Below are positions 13,229 through 24,272 of a stretch of 64,000 nt of DNA, one piece after another. The stretch comes from Euprymna scolopes (taxonomy: Eukaryota): NCBI GenBank assembly GCA_053919585.1, contig CM132786.1; one strand, 5' to 3'. Each line of letters starts with the position of its first letter. Position 1 is the first letter of the stretch. Both the position numbers and the translations under genes were made by a program. The notes beneath the pieces were generated by a model. It did not search any database. It was not told the DNA's origin and saw only the letters and a program-made list of their open reading frames with translations.

Positions 13229-13875
13229 CTAGCGGGGGTACCCGGCGTTGCCCGGATGTGGTGAGGTGCGAATGGGTAAATAGAAACAGAGTGGAAAATA
13301 AAGCAATAACTCTGTTTAAATATTATAACTTCTTTTTCAAGTAAAAAAAAACAGCAAACGTGATGCAAAATAAATAATAAGTAAATGATGTTAAAACTTC
13401 GTAAAAAAACAGCTAATGTGATGGAAAAATAAAAAGAAGAACGAAAAAAAAATCACCGGAATAACCCTGTTTCAATATTAAAAATGTAAAAATCGAAAAA
13501 AATACACCCTATATCTCGTGTCGAACGTGCAATCTTAAGATAACGACGCTGCTACTATAACGACTGGTCAATGACAGCATGAGCGAAATTAAGTCGTTTT
13601 TTTATATGACACTAATTCAAGAAAGAACGTTTTTGGGGACTCCGTGTTTGGCCAAATTGGCATAAAGGAACGATTGTTTGCTACTCATCATGCAGAAAAG
13701 TTTCCAGTTGGGAGTGAAGGGATTCGAGTTTTTAGCTAATTTTTCAATATTTGTCGTCCGAAGGGTCGTGCTTAAAAATAATACCAATCTCGTGAAAATC
13801 CGTCGCCTCTGTCGAAAGTTTTAGGAAGACATACAAACATACATACATTTAGATAGGCGATATGTATATTATAGA
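13229..13875 (-). mobile_element. Non-autonomous Helitron, array unit 3 (shared 5' module, different 3' half)
   Basis: 5' TCTATAATAT; hairpin CCGGGC-AAC-GCCGGG; 3' CTAG. Confidence 0.85.
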
Positions 13876-14260
13876 CTAGCCTGGGCGGACGGCGTTGGCT
13901 GGGTGTTTGTAGGTGTGTGTTTAGCAGTAAAAAAAGGTGATAATGGGGAGGCAGGCTCGAACCCGTGACGCACATGCGGAAAAGACAGTGGAGTTGTTCG
14001 TAAGGTTAAGGATTAACCAAAAATATAAAAAAAATACACACAGAAAATTGCGAGCGCAAAAGTGGTAGAGTAGGCAGGCAAGATCGACCCCGTGGCGCGA
14101 TGAGGAAAAGAAAGTTTTTTAAAAAGTGAAACGTTAGCTGCTGCACCCATCGCCAAACTGGAAGTGGGGTAGGTATAAATTAAGGCTACACAAAGTTTTT
14201 GCGAAACATGCGTATATAAATACATATATTTAAACAGATAGGTGAGATTTATATTATTGA
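13876..14260 (-). mobile_element. Non-autonomous Helitron, array unit 4 (internal deletion, duplicated B-box segment)
   Basis: Host A|TCAATAATAT at 5'; degenerate GCCAACGCC hairpin; 3' CTAG. Confidence 0.8.
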
Positions 14261-14416
14261 TTAAAAATATTGTTTCGAATTTATTTCCAAATTTAGTCAT
14301 ATACTATTTTTGATTTAAACAAAAGTATGAGAGAATAATTATTGAGAAATGTTAACCCAACTGTTGACGTGGATTGTTTTTTCATGCAAATACACACGCA
14401 CACATACACACACACA

Positions 14417-14450
<34 letters not shown>

Positions 14451-14484
14451 GAGGTGTTTGTGTGTAGTCTGTCTATTAAGTTAC

Positions 14485-15565
14485 TAAAGGGTGGAAAATC
14501 TTTGTCATTTTACCATTAATGGTTAATTTTTTTAATTTCAAATATTTTACAGAAAATATTTCGGAAATAAATATAGCAATGAACAAAGTACGCAAATTGT
14601 GAAATTGTTTTACCAAAATCAGGGGTCAAGTGTTTTGTCTCAAAGATCTTATCGACGGCAATTTCATGTAAACATAGCCCAAGTAAAAACACATTTCGAA
14701 ACATTGTGCGCTGATATGAAGACGATGGAGCTGTACTTGATCTGCCGCTAGCTGGCAGAACTCAAAACGTCATCACAACTGGAAACAGAAAAAAAGTGCA
14801 TGAAAGCGTGGAGCAGCAACTTTGAAACATCAATTCGACAACGTATCACACAAGTTTGAATACATCGAGGCTCACTACATAATATTTTGCACAGTTAGAA
14901 CCCCTTTAGAAACAAGGTTTCAATATGCGGTTCAAATACAAGAGCTTGTCCGAAATGAGCACAATGTTCTGCAAAAGTTGGTTAAATCAGATGAAGGTCA
15001 TTTTCATTTGAATGGATTCGTTAAAAAACAAAATTACAGATTTTGGGGCTCTGAAAATCCAAGAGTAAATCACCAAAACCAATTGCATCCCATAAAGTGC
15101 ACTGGATGATATGCAGTAACGGAGGAGAAGATAATTGGGCATTATTTTTTTGAAGATGAAGACGAAAATGTTGTTACTCGAAAGAGATATCGGACTATGA
15201 TTAAAGACTTCCTCAAAATAGGCACGGATTATAGTCCTGACAAGATAGAGTAACGGCACATACGGCGAGAGAAACATGGAGCTTCTCAGGCACTGCTTTG
15301 GCGAAAGCATTACCTCTCCCTATAGCAATGTCGAATGTCCACCACGTACACTTCACTTGACTAGCCTCAACTTTTTCTTGTAGGGATATATTAAAGAAAG
15401 AGTCTATGTTTACAAACCGTAAACCCTGCAAGAATTGAAGGAAAACATCAACAACGAAATAAGGGAGTAATAAGTGCAATCTATCATAAATAATATTTTG
15501 AAAAGAACATGAATATGCAAAGCTGAAAATGGGAAAAATCTAAGACATTATTTTCATAAATAAAG
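14485..15565 (+). mobile_element. Tc1/mariner transposon fossil (DD41D/rosa-like)
   Basis: TA-AAGGGTG start; SDEGHFHLNGFVKKQNYRFWGSENPR..QLHP.KCT, IIGHYFFEDE, degenerate CPPRT..LT.LNFFL.GYIK.RVY..KP.TLQELK. Confidence 0.85.
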
Positions 15566-15669
15566 ATTGTTTGAATTTTGAATTTTTTGTTATAAGTTAG
15601 TAATGTCTTAGTATTAAACTTACAGAAAGATATCATCTTTTCTCTTCTTTCTTTCTATCTATTCTCTAT

Positions 15670-16321
15670 TCTATATAAATAAAATGAACTCATTTTTTCC
15701 AGTCGGATTTTGACCTTAATAGGATTAAAAATCAAGATATTTCATGCAAATATAATATGCACAAACGGCAGAACAATATCTGAGGTGTGTTATAGGCTTA
15801 TTATTTCTCAAATTCCTCGATAATCTTAGATTTCTATACTTTTTCTGCTGAGAAGTCACGGCCAAAATCGGTTAAGATCAATGGAAGTGGTAAAATATTT
15901 TCTCTCTAATAAATTCCTCCTCTCCCTGCCACCACTTAACACCGTTTGGAGATCGTTCACAAGGAACAGTTGAGAAGAGAACACCGGTTTGACTTCGTAG
16001 TTCTTTCATGTGAAGTTATTTAAAATCACTAAACTAAGCTGAAGTGCTCTGTGGCGTAGTGGTTAGCGTGCTAGACAATTTACATTATATTTTCACGTTC
16101 GCGCCGACCTACCGTAGTCGTTTTTTTCCCCCCCTAAACAACTGGAATGGACTTTTCTTGGTGGCCGAACTGTTAACGTTGCAGATGTTTTTTTTTCACA
16201 CTTTATTTTCCTACTTTTACTCATGACTCCGGGTTTGATCCTTCCTACTTACCTACCATAACATTTTTAACCCCCCCGTCCCGGAAACAAACACTCGGAC
16301 AACGCCGGGTACCCCTGCTAG
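15670..16321 (+). mobile_element. Non-autonomous Helitron (second 5' family, 3' end shared with array family; carries tRNA-like segment)
   Basis: 5' TCTATATAAATAAAATGAACTC; 3' CTCGGACAACGCCGGGTACCCCTGCTAG|T. Confidence 0.8.
16045..16110 (+). promoter_or_regulatory. tRNA-derived Pol III A-box/B-box segment inside Helitron
   Basis: A box TGGCGTAGTGG (16052-16062) and degenerate B box GTTCGCGCC (16097-16105); no complete cloverleaf. Confidence 0.55.
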
Positions 16322-16524
16322 TCAAATACAAAGAATTTATTTAAGTTTAATACCCTTAAGTAACTTTTTGGGCTACCTGTNNNNNNNNNNNNNNNNNNNN
16401 NNNNNNNNNNNNNNNNNNNNNNNNNNNNNNNNNNNNNNNNNNNNNNNNNNNNNNNNNNNNNNNNNNNNNNNNNNNNNNNNNNNNNNNNNNNNNNNNNNNN
16501 NNNNNNNNNNNNNTTATTTTCGTC

Positions 16525-16590
<66 letters not shown>

Positions 16591-16849
16591 CGGGGGTAAA
16601 GAGTAGAAGAGAGTAAATTCAATTCTATAAGAGGAGATTTATCGGGAAAATATAAAGCTGAACAAATGTCAATGGAATTTATATAGGAGACAATAGGAGT
16701 GGAAAATGAATTCACAAATTTTATATATTGGAAAATATAGAATGAGTCATTTATTTAATAAGTTCAGTTGTGGGAAAAGAGGACGTTGTAGTAATTTCGT
16801 TTCTTCGTGTATTTTATTTTTTGCAAACAAATGATTTCAGCTTAATTTA

Positions 16850-18340
16850 ACCTAGTTTTGTAGTTGTCCTCTTATTTCTTTACAATATAAATATTCACGA
16901 ACTGACAATCGTATTTCATTATTTTCTTCATTAATTTTTCGTCAGCCACAACTGTTCGTTGTCTGTTGAGTAAATGCAAATTAACTGCTGTCTACACTTA
17001 AGAAAGCTGCAGTTTTGTAAATAAAACTCGTAAAATATGCTTAAATATGATATTTTGATTAATGCAGATTTTGTATCATATTTTACCCAGCATATAGTAA
17101 TGATTAAAAAAGCCCGTGTGCCATCCCCCAGAATTGAAAGCTTAGCTTACGGTTTACTTTTTCCTTTGACCTTAATGCTTGAGCTATTACTATTTACTGC
17201 AAGACTAAAAATTATAATATAAACTGGTCAATGTGCTCCGTAGGTACCTCCAACACACGCCACAGTTTTACCCCTCCCATGTAACACAATGTAACTGTAA
17301 TTTAATTTAATATTATCATCCTAAAAGAAGAGGCTTCAAATAAACTACTAATATTAAAAAAAAATATGGCATACGAAAATAATGGAATTGCGAGACTAAA
17401 ATCGTGTTTACATTAACGCTTTATTTAGTGACGTTTTTGAAGCCGTAAACATACCCATGTTTTAAAAAATCTAATAAAAATCAAATCATATTTTCCTGAA
17501 AATTTCAATATTTATCCATTATTAAATAAGCTTACAAATTAAAAATAGATTTTGTTAAATATATTAGAGGAAATATTTTCTAGGTGTTCTACTCCCCTAT
17601 ATTTCATGTTACGAAAATTAAACAGAATAAATGTAGGTCCATAAAAATTTTAACATTTTGAAAAGCTGAAAAGATCAAATGATTAAAAATTAGTTATATA
17701 TAAATTCTTTATTTCACTTATTTGTAAGTTGTAAATAAATTTAGACATAAAGTCAAGATTATTCCGTTATTTTAACGTAATAATCTTGACTTTATGTCCA
17801 ATTTTAAATGAATAAACACTTTCTTGATAATTTTTCTCGGTAATATAATAATTGGAATTACAACAAAAAAATAGATAAAACAGAATTAAAGAAATATAAT
17901 TTTTATTTTAAGGAAGGAAAATGTAAAGTTTTTTTGTTTTGTTTGTGCTTTTATTTTGAACCAATGTAAAAGTAAGCGTGGTGCGTTTCACCTAAATTGC
18001 AGTTCAGTTTTTATAGAAACCTAACCCAGTGTTCGTCCGTAATTGTCTTCTGTGAAGGATTACGGGCGGTGTAAATGGATGGCGGTGGAAGTATGAATTT
18101 ATTAGAGAGAGAAGAATTTACTACTTCCGTTGATCGTAATCGATTTTGGCAGTGAACTCTCCCCAGATAAAATATAAGAAGCTCCAGTCAGCGAGGTAGT
18201 GGATAGGTAATATGCTTATAACACGCCTCAGATAGCCCGATGCAGTTTGTGTACAGTACATCTGCATAAAATCTCTAGATTTTCAATACAATTAAGGGCA
18301 AACACTGAGGGGAAAAATGAGTTCATTTTATTTATATAGA
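16850..18340 (-). mobile_element. Helitron with the same 5' module as 15670-16321 (3' boundary uncertain)
   Basis: Minus-strand 5' TCTATATAAATAAAATGAACTC; about 320 bp homologous to 15670-15990; tRNA-like segment at 17110-17190 shared with 48472-48555. Confidence 0.6.
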
Positions 18341-18804
18341 TAGAAGAAGAGGAAGAAGAGAAGAGATAACAATAAGAGCGTTCGTGTGTCTGTGTATTCA
18401 ACTCTCATACAGCATACACATGATGATAATCCAACAATTAATGATGGTGCACACAATTTCGCAATGTTAAGGACACAGGTCAATGCCGTACATTATGTAT
18501 ATATATACTTTCCTACAGCCCACAAATCTGGACCGATCATGATTATACCAGGCATAATAATGGTATCTGGCCTAGAGATCGTGCATACAATGTTTCAAGA
18601 TCAAAGCCTTAGGTCATATTTTGATCGGCTGTTCATAAACTCCCCAACCAAGTAAGGATTCGCTAACATTCCGGGGGTCACCACCATGACCTCGGCCAAC
18701 CTTTGTTTGTGAATTTGAATCGGCTTACTCTCCTTAACATCCATATTATCAAAATCTTTATCGAGTTTGGCATGATAGGGGCCAGTAACATAGACATCAT
18801 TTTG

Positions 18805-18900
18805 TTGAAGTACGTCTGATTGAATACAACAGAGTACTTTTTTTCGATTTTTAATCGAACGGTCTTTATTATTTCGATTGGTTTATTTTTGACGCCCAGA
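18805..18900 (-). mobile_element. Penelope-like ORF N-terminal fragment (left inverted arm)
   Basis: KIEKKYSVVFNQTY; DNA homologous in inverted orientation to 19586-19680. Confidence 0.5.
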
Positions 18901-18902
18901 AG

Positions 18903-19585
18903 ATTATCATGTTGTATATTATGCTGTATATTATCATGTTGTATATTATCATGTTGTATATTATCATGTTCTATATTATGTTGTATATTATCATGTTGTA
19001 TATTATCATGTTGTATATTATGTTGTATATTATCATGTTGTATATTATGCTGTATATTATCATGTTGTATATTATCATGTTGTATATTTTCATGTTCTAT
19101 ATTATGTTGTATATTATCATGTTGTATATTATCATGTTGTATATTATCATGTTGTACATTATGTTGTATATTATCATGTTGTATATTATCATGTTGTATA
19201 TTATGTTGTATATTATCATGTTGTATATTATCATGTTGTATATTATGTTGTATATTATCATGTTGTATATTATCATGTTCTATATTATGTTGTATATTAT
19301 CATGTTGTATATTATCATGTTGTATATTATCTTGTATATTTTCATGTTCTATATTATGTTGTATATTATCATGTTGTATATTATCATGTTGTATATTATC
19401 ATGTTGTATATTATGTTGTATATTATCATGTTGTATATTACTATGTTCTATATTATCATGTTCTATATTATGTTGTATATTATCATGTTGTATATTATCA
19501 TGTTTTATATTATCATGTTGTATAGTATGTTGTATATTATCATGTTGTATATTATCATGTTGTATAGTATCATGTTGTATATTAT
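18903..19585. repeat. Minisatellite of mixed 15-bp (ATTATCATGTTGTAT) and 12-bp (ATTATGTTGTAT) units
   Basis: Directly visible, about 680 bp; generates the QHDNI/CCILS/MLYII pseudo-ORFs. Confidence 0.97.
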
Positions 19586-19680
19586 GGCGAATTGAAAATA
19601 CATCTAACAAAATCGGAAAAAGAACTCTGTCGTGTTCAATAAGACGTGCTTGAATAATGACTTACTGCAAAAATATAGAA
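19586..19680 (+). mobile_element. Penelope-like ORF N-terminal fragment (right inverted arm)
   Basis: RIENTSNKI..NSVVFNKTCLNNDLLQKY resembles Penelope N-terminal 'FN.TC....LLPKY'. Confidence 0.55.
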
Positions 19681-19839
19681 ATACAAAATGTATTACACTG
19701 TATCTCTTAACTTTGAAACTTCAAAATAACGCTGCCAAAACAATGTAAGGGATCGTTCTTTTTCTTGAGATGAATATAATTGTTTAGAAAAAAATAAAGA
19801 TAATACTTTCCTATTTCAGATCCGCACTAAAGATGCTAC

Positions 19840-20870
19840 TTAAACAAAATAGAAATGAAATTGATAAAGAAAAATTGGCAAGATTAGAGCGAACAGAATA
19901 AGAGTTGCTGTTGTTCCCTCCAATGAAAACGCTTCAAATAGAGAAAGACGGCTGGAGCTAAACAGAATACGCCAAAGAGAACAGAAAGAAATACTAACAA
20001 TTTAGAAAGAGCAATCAAACGTGAAGCTGAAGAAACTATACATCCTGGAGAGCGGTTAAATTCACAAGAGGAAATTCAAGAAAGGTAGAAAGATGGTCAG
20101 AAAAGGCAAACAATACTACGCGTAAATGAAACAGGTTAGGTTTTACATGAAATCTGGAGTTTTTTTCCACCAGGAGATGAGGCAGCAAAGTATATTTAAA
20201 TCTCCTCTCTGGATATTTTACAAGAGGAGCCACGTACTCAAGTACCTGACAGTAGACTCCATCCAGGCAATTTCTGAAGTCATACTGAACTTTTACATAA
20301 GAACTACTGCCTTATTTGTCAACTGAAAACAAAATAGGAAAGAATTAGAGCATGAAAACTAAAAGTAACACAAAGTTGGCATAATGGACGACCGAGATCA
20401 AAGGAAGATTCAATGTTACAATAAAAATGTATGGGATTAGAATATTAATGAAGAACGAACGAACAGCAAACTGAGATATTCTCTTGCGTTTAAAAATTAA
20501 TATATTGAAAAGGATTGAAGTACATCCTATATATGATACTTTAATGCACCGGTTAATGTACTGATATGGTTATCAATTTTACGACATATATATGAAGCCA
20601 TCAAATGACGAAAATGACACCTAACAGCAGTTGTATTCTTTCATTTGATGACTCAGCCTATATGCTATTTTTCCGGTACCGAAGGTTGTTTCAACAATAG
20701 CTGGTAGATGTGTACTTCAAGATTGAAACAGAACGTTTACAATTCCTGGGGTTGGAGCGACAGCCATTGAGAGCTGACAATGTTAGAAACTTGAGAGATT
20801 CAGTTCTTTGGAAGGACAGGAATCCAGAACAAATTTGGTCACGAGTAATCCCTCAGGCATCTGCAGTGAG
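19840..20870 (+). pseudogene. Autonomous Helitron RepHel fossil (STPR-like repeats and helitron_like_N region)
   Basis: NENASNRERRLELNRIRQRE (STPR-like); HPIYDTLMH; RRLFQQ*LVDVYFKIETERLQFLGLERQPLRADNVRNLRDSV..SRVIP matches RepHel 'LFQQF.VD.Y.KIE.ERL..IR..Q..LRA..Y..LRDA..VILP'. Confidence 0.85.
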
Positions 20871-21478
20871 TTAAATAACTGAAGAGGTATCAATGCATTG
20901 CGGTTATAATAGCAAACAATACTTAAAAACTTTTCTAATTATTAATAAAAAAACAGGAATATCTCGACATTCGAAAAAAACCTCCAGTATCCACTTTTCG
21001 ACTTCCTTAATGTTTAATGCCAAGTATCTGGTTTTATATATGAGTTTTTTTTTACACGGCTATGTTTTCAAGCATCGTCTTCTCAGACAGAAAATTATAC
21101 TCACATTTCCTTCTTTTTTTTCTGTTTGTAGTTTTATTTAAAGTCTACAGTTATTTTCTTTTAAATCTTTCTTTGTAAAATAGAGTTCCATGTTTACGTT
21201 TTCATTATTTCCTCCATCATATTTGTTATATCGTTGATGAGGTGGTGCGTTTTTTTTTATAATTGGTGCGTTCGTTCAATTTATATCGATGCCCACAATA
21301 GACGTAATGTCGACTGTACTTTTTTGCGTAAATTACTGCGATTCAGTTTTTCAATGTTTTTTCTCTTCTTGTTTACTAGTAAGACATTTCTATTACATAG
21401 ATATCGGACTTATTTTTCATTTTCTTACTATTGCCTCAATAATTTGGCGGGGTAAAAAATGTGTCATATATATTTACA

Positions 21479-21559
<81 letters not shown>

Positions 21560-21561
21560 TA

Positions 21562-21945
21562 CTAGCATGGGTGCCCAGCGTTGCCCGGGCATTTGAAGTT
21601 TTATGTTGAGAAAACAAAAAACGGTCAATTTTTTTAAAGTTTGACCCCTATTATGGCCACTTAACATTTACTGTTTTGGGGTCAAATCAAGTTAGATCCA
21701 TGTCCAAGGAACCTATATCTAAATGTTCAAGTGTTTAGACCCAAAATTGGCGGAGGAGTTTGGGAGAATTTTGAAAGGCTAAATCGTTAAACTTTGACCC
21801 CTTAACAGCCAAATTTCTGGCCGAAAATCGATCACATAGATTTTCCCAAATCTCAGTACCCTGTATAACAAATTTCGAATCTATAGACTAAAAATTGACA
21901 GAGTCATGGCGTAGGGAAATGTACGCACACATACAGACACGTTCA

Positions 21946-21950
<5 letters not shown>
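21562..21950 (-). mobile_element. Non-autonomous Helitron (third family) inserted in (TA)n
   Basis: Minus-strand 3' end GCCCGGGCAACGCTGGGCACCCATGCTAG|T; 5' end merges into (TA)n; (TA)n on both sides. Confidence 0.75.
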
Positions 21951-21999
<49 letters not shown>

Positions 22000-22029
22000 A
22001 CTTATAAGAGTATTTCCTTTTTGTCTCAA

Positions 22030-22780
22030 CGCAGGAAGATAAGACACAACGCTGTCTCAAAGAGATACAATGTCCAAGGGCAAGATCAGAGATGTGCCGC
22101 TATAAAACCCATCCTTTCTACCGATCCAGGTTATGCTAACAGGACCATTGCCAGCACCCCACAATGCAATTCCGGACATTTAAACGGTTGAGGGTACCAA
22201 GTTTCTAGTCACGGTTATAGTCTTTGGTGTGGTTTCAAGTGAGAGCACAATTATGCCACTTCCCAGCTTCGAAGTCGGCTAGCAAGTAAACACCAAAGTG
22301 TACCTGGATGTGCTGCAGAGTATGGTGATTCCCTAATTCAGTTAGGTGGTCGCTGGTAGACACTGAGTGTGGCGGCAAGTATCAGCACGGCCCACAATTC
22401 CAAAACGATCTCGGCTGTGTTTTTGAAGGAGTTCTAAACTTTGTACCCTTCTCTCACTGGCCCCGTAACCTCCCGACCATAACCTGCTGAACTTATTCGT
22501 TGTGTCCTACGTCAGGAACATCACCAAAATAATGTCACACAACACCAAAGCTAGAGTATTCGCCGTGTTTTCGCCGACATTTGTCGGAAAGGCATTCTTT
22601 AAGTTCCGGACCTTTATTGAGGTGGTGATTGAGGATTAAGGCGGCTACATTGAATAGATGACATCTCTACTGTATAATCCATTACTTGAATTGATTTTTT
22701 AATAAAAGTTTTCAAATAATTTGATAAAAACATGTACTGTTGTTTTCTTTCGTGCGACATTTTTATCATTCCACCCTGTA
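22030..22780 (+). mobile_element. Tc1/mariner fossil (DD37D/maT-like), 3' half with TIR
   Basis: VFGVVSS, QVNTKVYLDVL, VW.QVSA, HWP...PD.NLL, IEVVIED.GGYIE*; ends CCACCCTG-TA. Confidence 0.8.
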
Positions 22781-24272
22781 GAGAATGAGAACTCTTGCCT
22801 TCTAAAATTACTCGGGCAACCTCGTCGACATTCCACACATCATAAAGTAAGCAATAAGCTTATTTCACCGAAAGACGAAATGATACAACATGGCAGAGGG
22901 GTCGTTTTACGACAACCAAGAACCACAGATTGTATATTTTCAATTGGTGAAAAATATCCAAAAAATGATTAAGAATACTAAATAAATCAAGTTGGGTATT
23001 TAATAAAAAAGTATACTGTAGAGGAAAGAACTCTAGAAATAGCACTCATGACCACAAGAAAAACTGATTTTTTAAGGATATGTTTTACTCAGAAATGTTG
23101 AATTCCTAAGTTGTTGTTTTTTCCCTACAAAATCTAGCGTGTTTTGTTTAATGAAATCAAACTGACAATAATTCATTCATAATTACGACCCCCGCCAAAA
23201 AAAATAGTAAAATAATTTCTAATACTCAACAACGTTCGCATAAGCGGATGTCAATCGCGGCGTGTATTCGATATCATAGAAAAACATAATCACCTCCACA
23301 TAAAATATTGTTCTATGAAATTAATTAATGCTTGCCCCAGGAAAAGCAGGTGTCTTAAACGTTGAGCATGTGCTTTGAAATTGATACAAAAAGTTGAAAA
23401 AAAAACCATTGCGTAACGAATTCATATCAATTGTTTAATTTAGAAAAAAAAAGAAGAATAAAGGAGTCGTATCTAAATCATATATCTTACATAGTTAATA
23501 AAAACATGCAAGCAGATACAAGCATAGAAACACGTGTAGATTTACGAAATTAGGGCACAACATTCTATGTAAAAATTTCAATTTTTCCCCATTAAAACAT
23601 ATACCAATTATACAGAATCCATTAAATTTCAATATCTTTGTTATACGTAAACCAACATTTTGAATTTAAAACATTTTCTAGAACTAAACTTAGGTAATAC
23701 ATTTCCATGAAAATAAGAATGTGCAATCTTTAGTTTAATGGCATCAATTTTGTTTAATAAGCACAAAAGTGTCATTTTATCCCGAAAGGCACCCCTAATC
23801 CGTTCAGTTACTTTTTTTTTTTAACTCCTATCATGTTTAAGTTATTGAGAAAGTACGGGCGGACGAACTGACAAGAGGGAATTTACAGGTCTACCCTCCC
23901 TTTTGTCGGAGGGCCATAATACCACATCTACTAATAGTACAAGTAACGTGTTTTTTTCCAAAGAGAGGATTGTATTTATTACCACAAAATCCTTTAAATG
24001 AATCGAAACTTTTCTATATATTTTAGTAAGCGGCATTGGTCGACAATTCAAAAATATGCGGCTTAATTTTAAAAATTAAGTCATATTACTGAGCAATAAC
24101 AATAAACAGAGGTGATTTATACAGAAATATGAACTAATTAGGATGATCACTTGTAAGCTAAAGATAATGGAATCAAGATAAGAACAGTCATCTAAAAATC
24201 TAAATAATACGAACAATCATTCCATATTGAAAAACTTAAGAACTATAGAGTCTATAACATGTAAGTTTTTAC

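Noticed and set aside
12385-14260. CRISPR-like repeat-spacer array
   Set aside because: Eukaryotic context, no cas genes; the recurring motif is the Helitron CTAG|TC junction and units are homologous to a dispersed copy.
16045-16110. Functional tRNA gene
   Set aside because: No complete cloverleaf; B box degenerate; embedded in a Helitron.
18678-19653. Three long overlapping ORFs (310, 277, 228 aa) as genes
   Set aside because: They arise from stop-free satellite units that are multiples of 3; two start at TTG; non-repeat parts are Penelope-like fragments.
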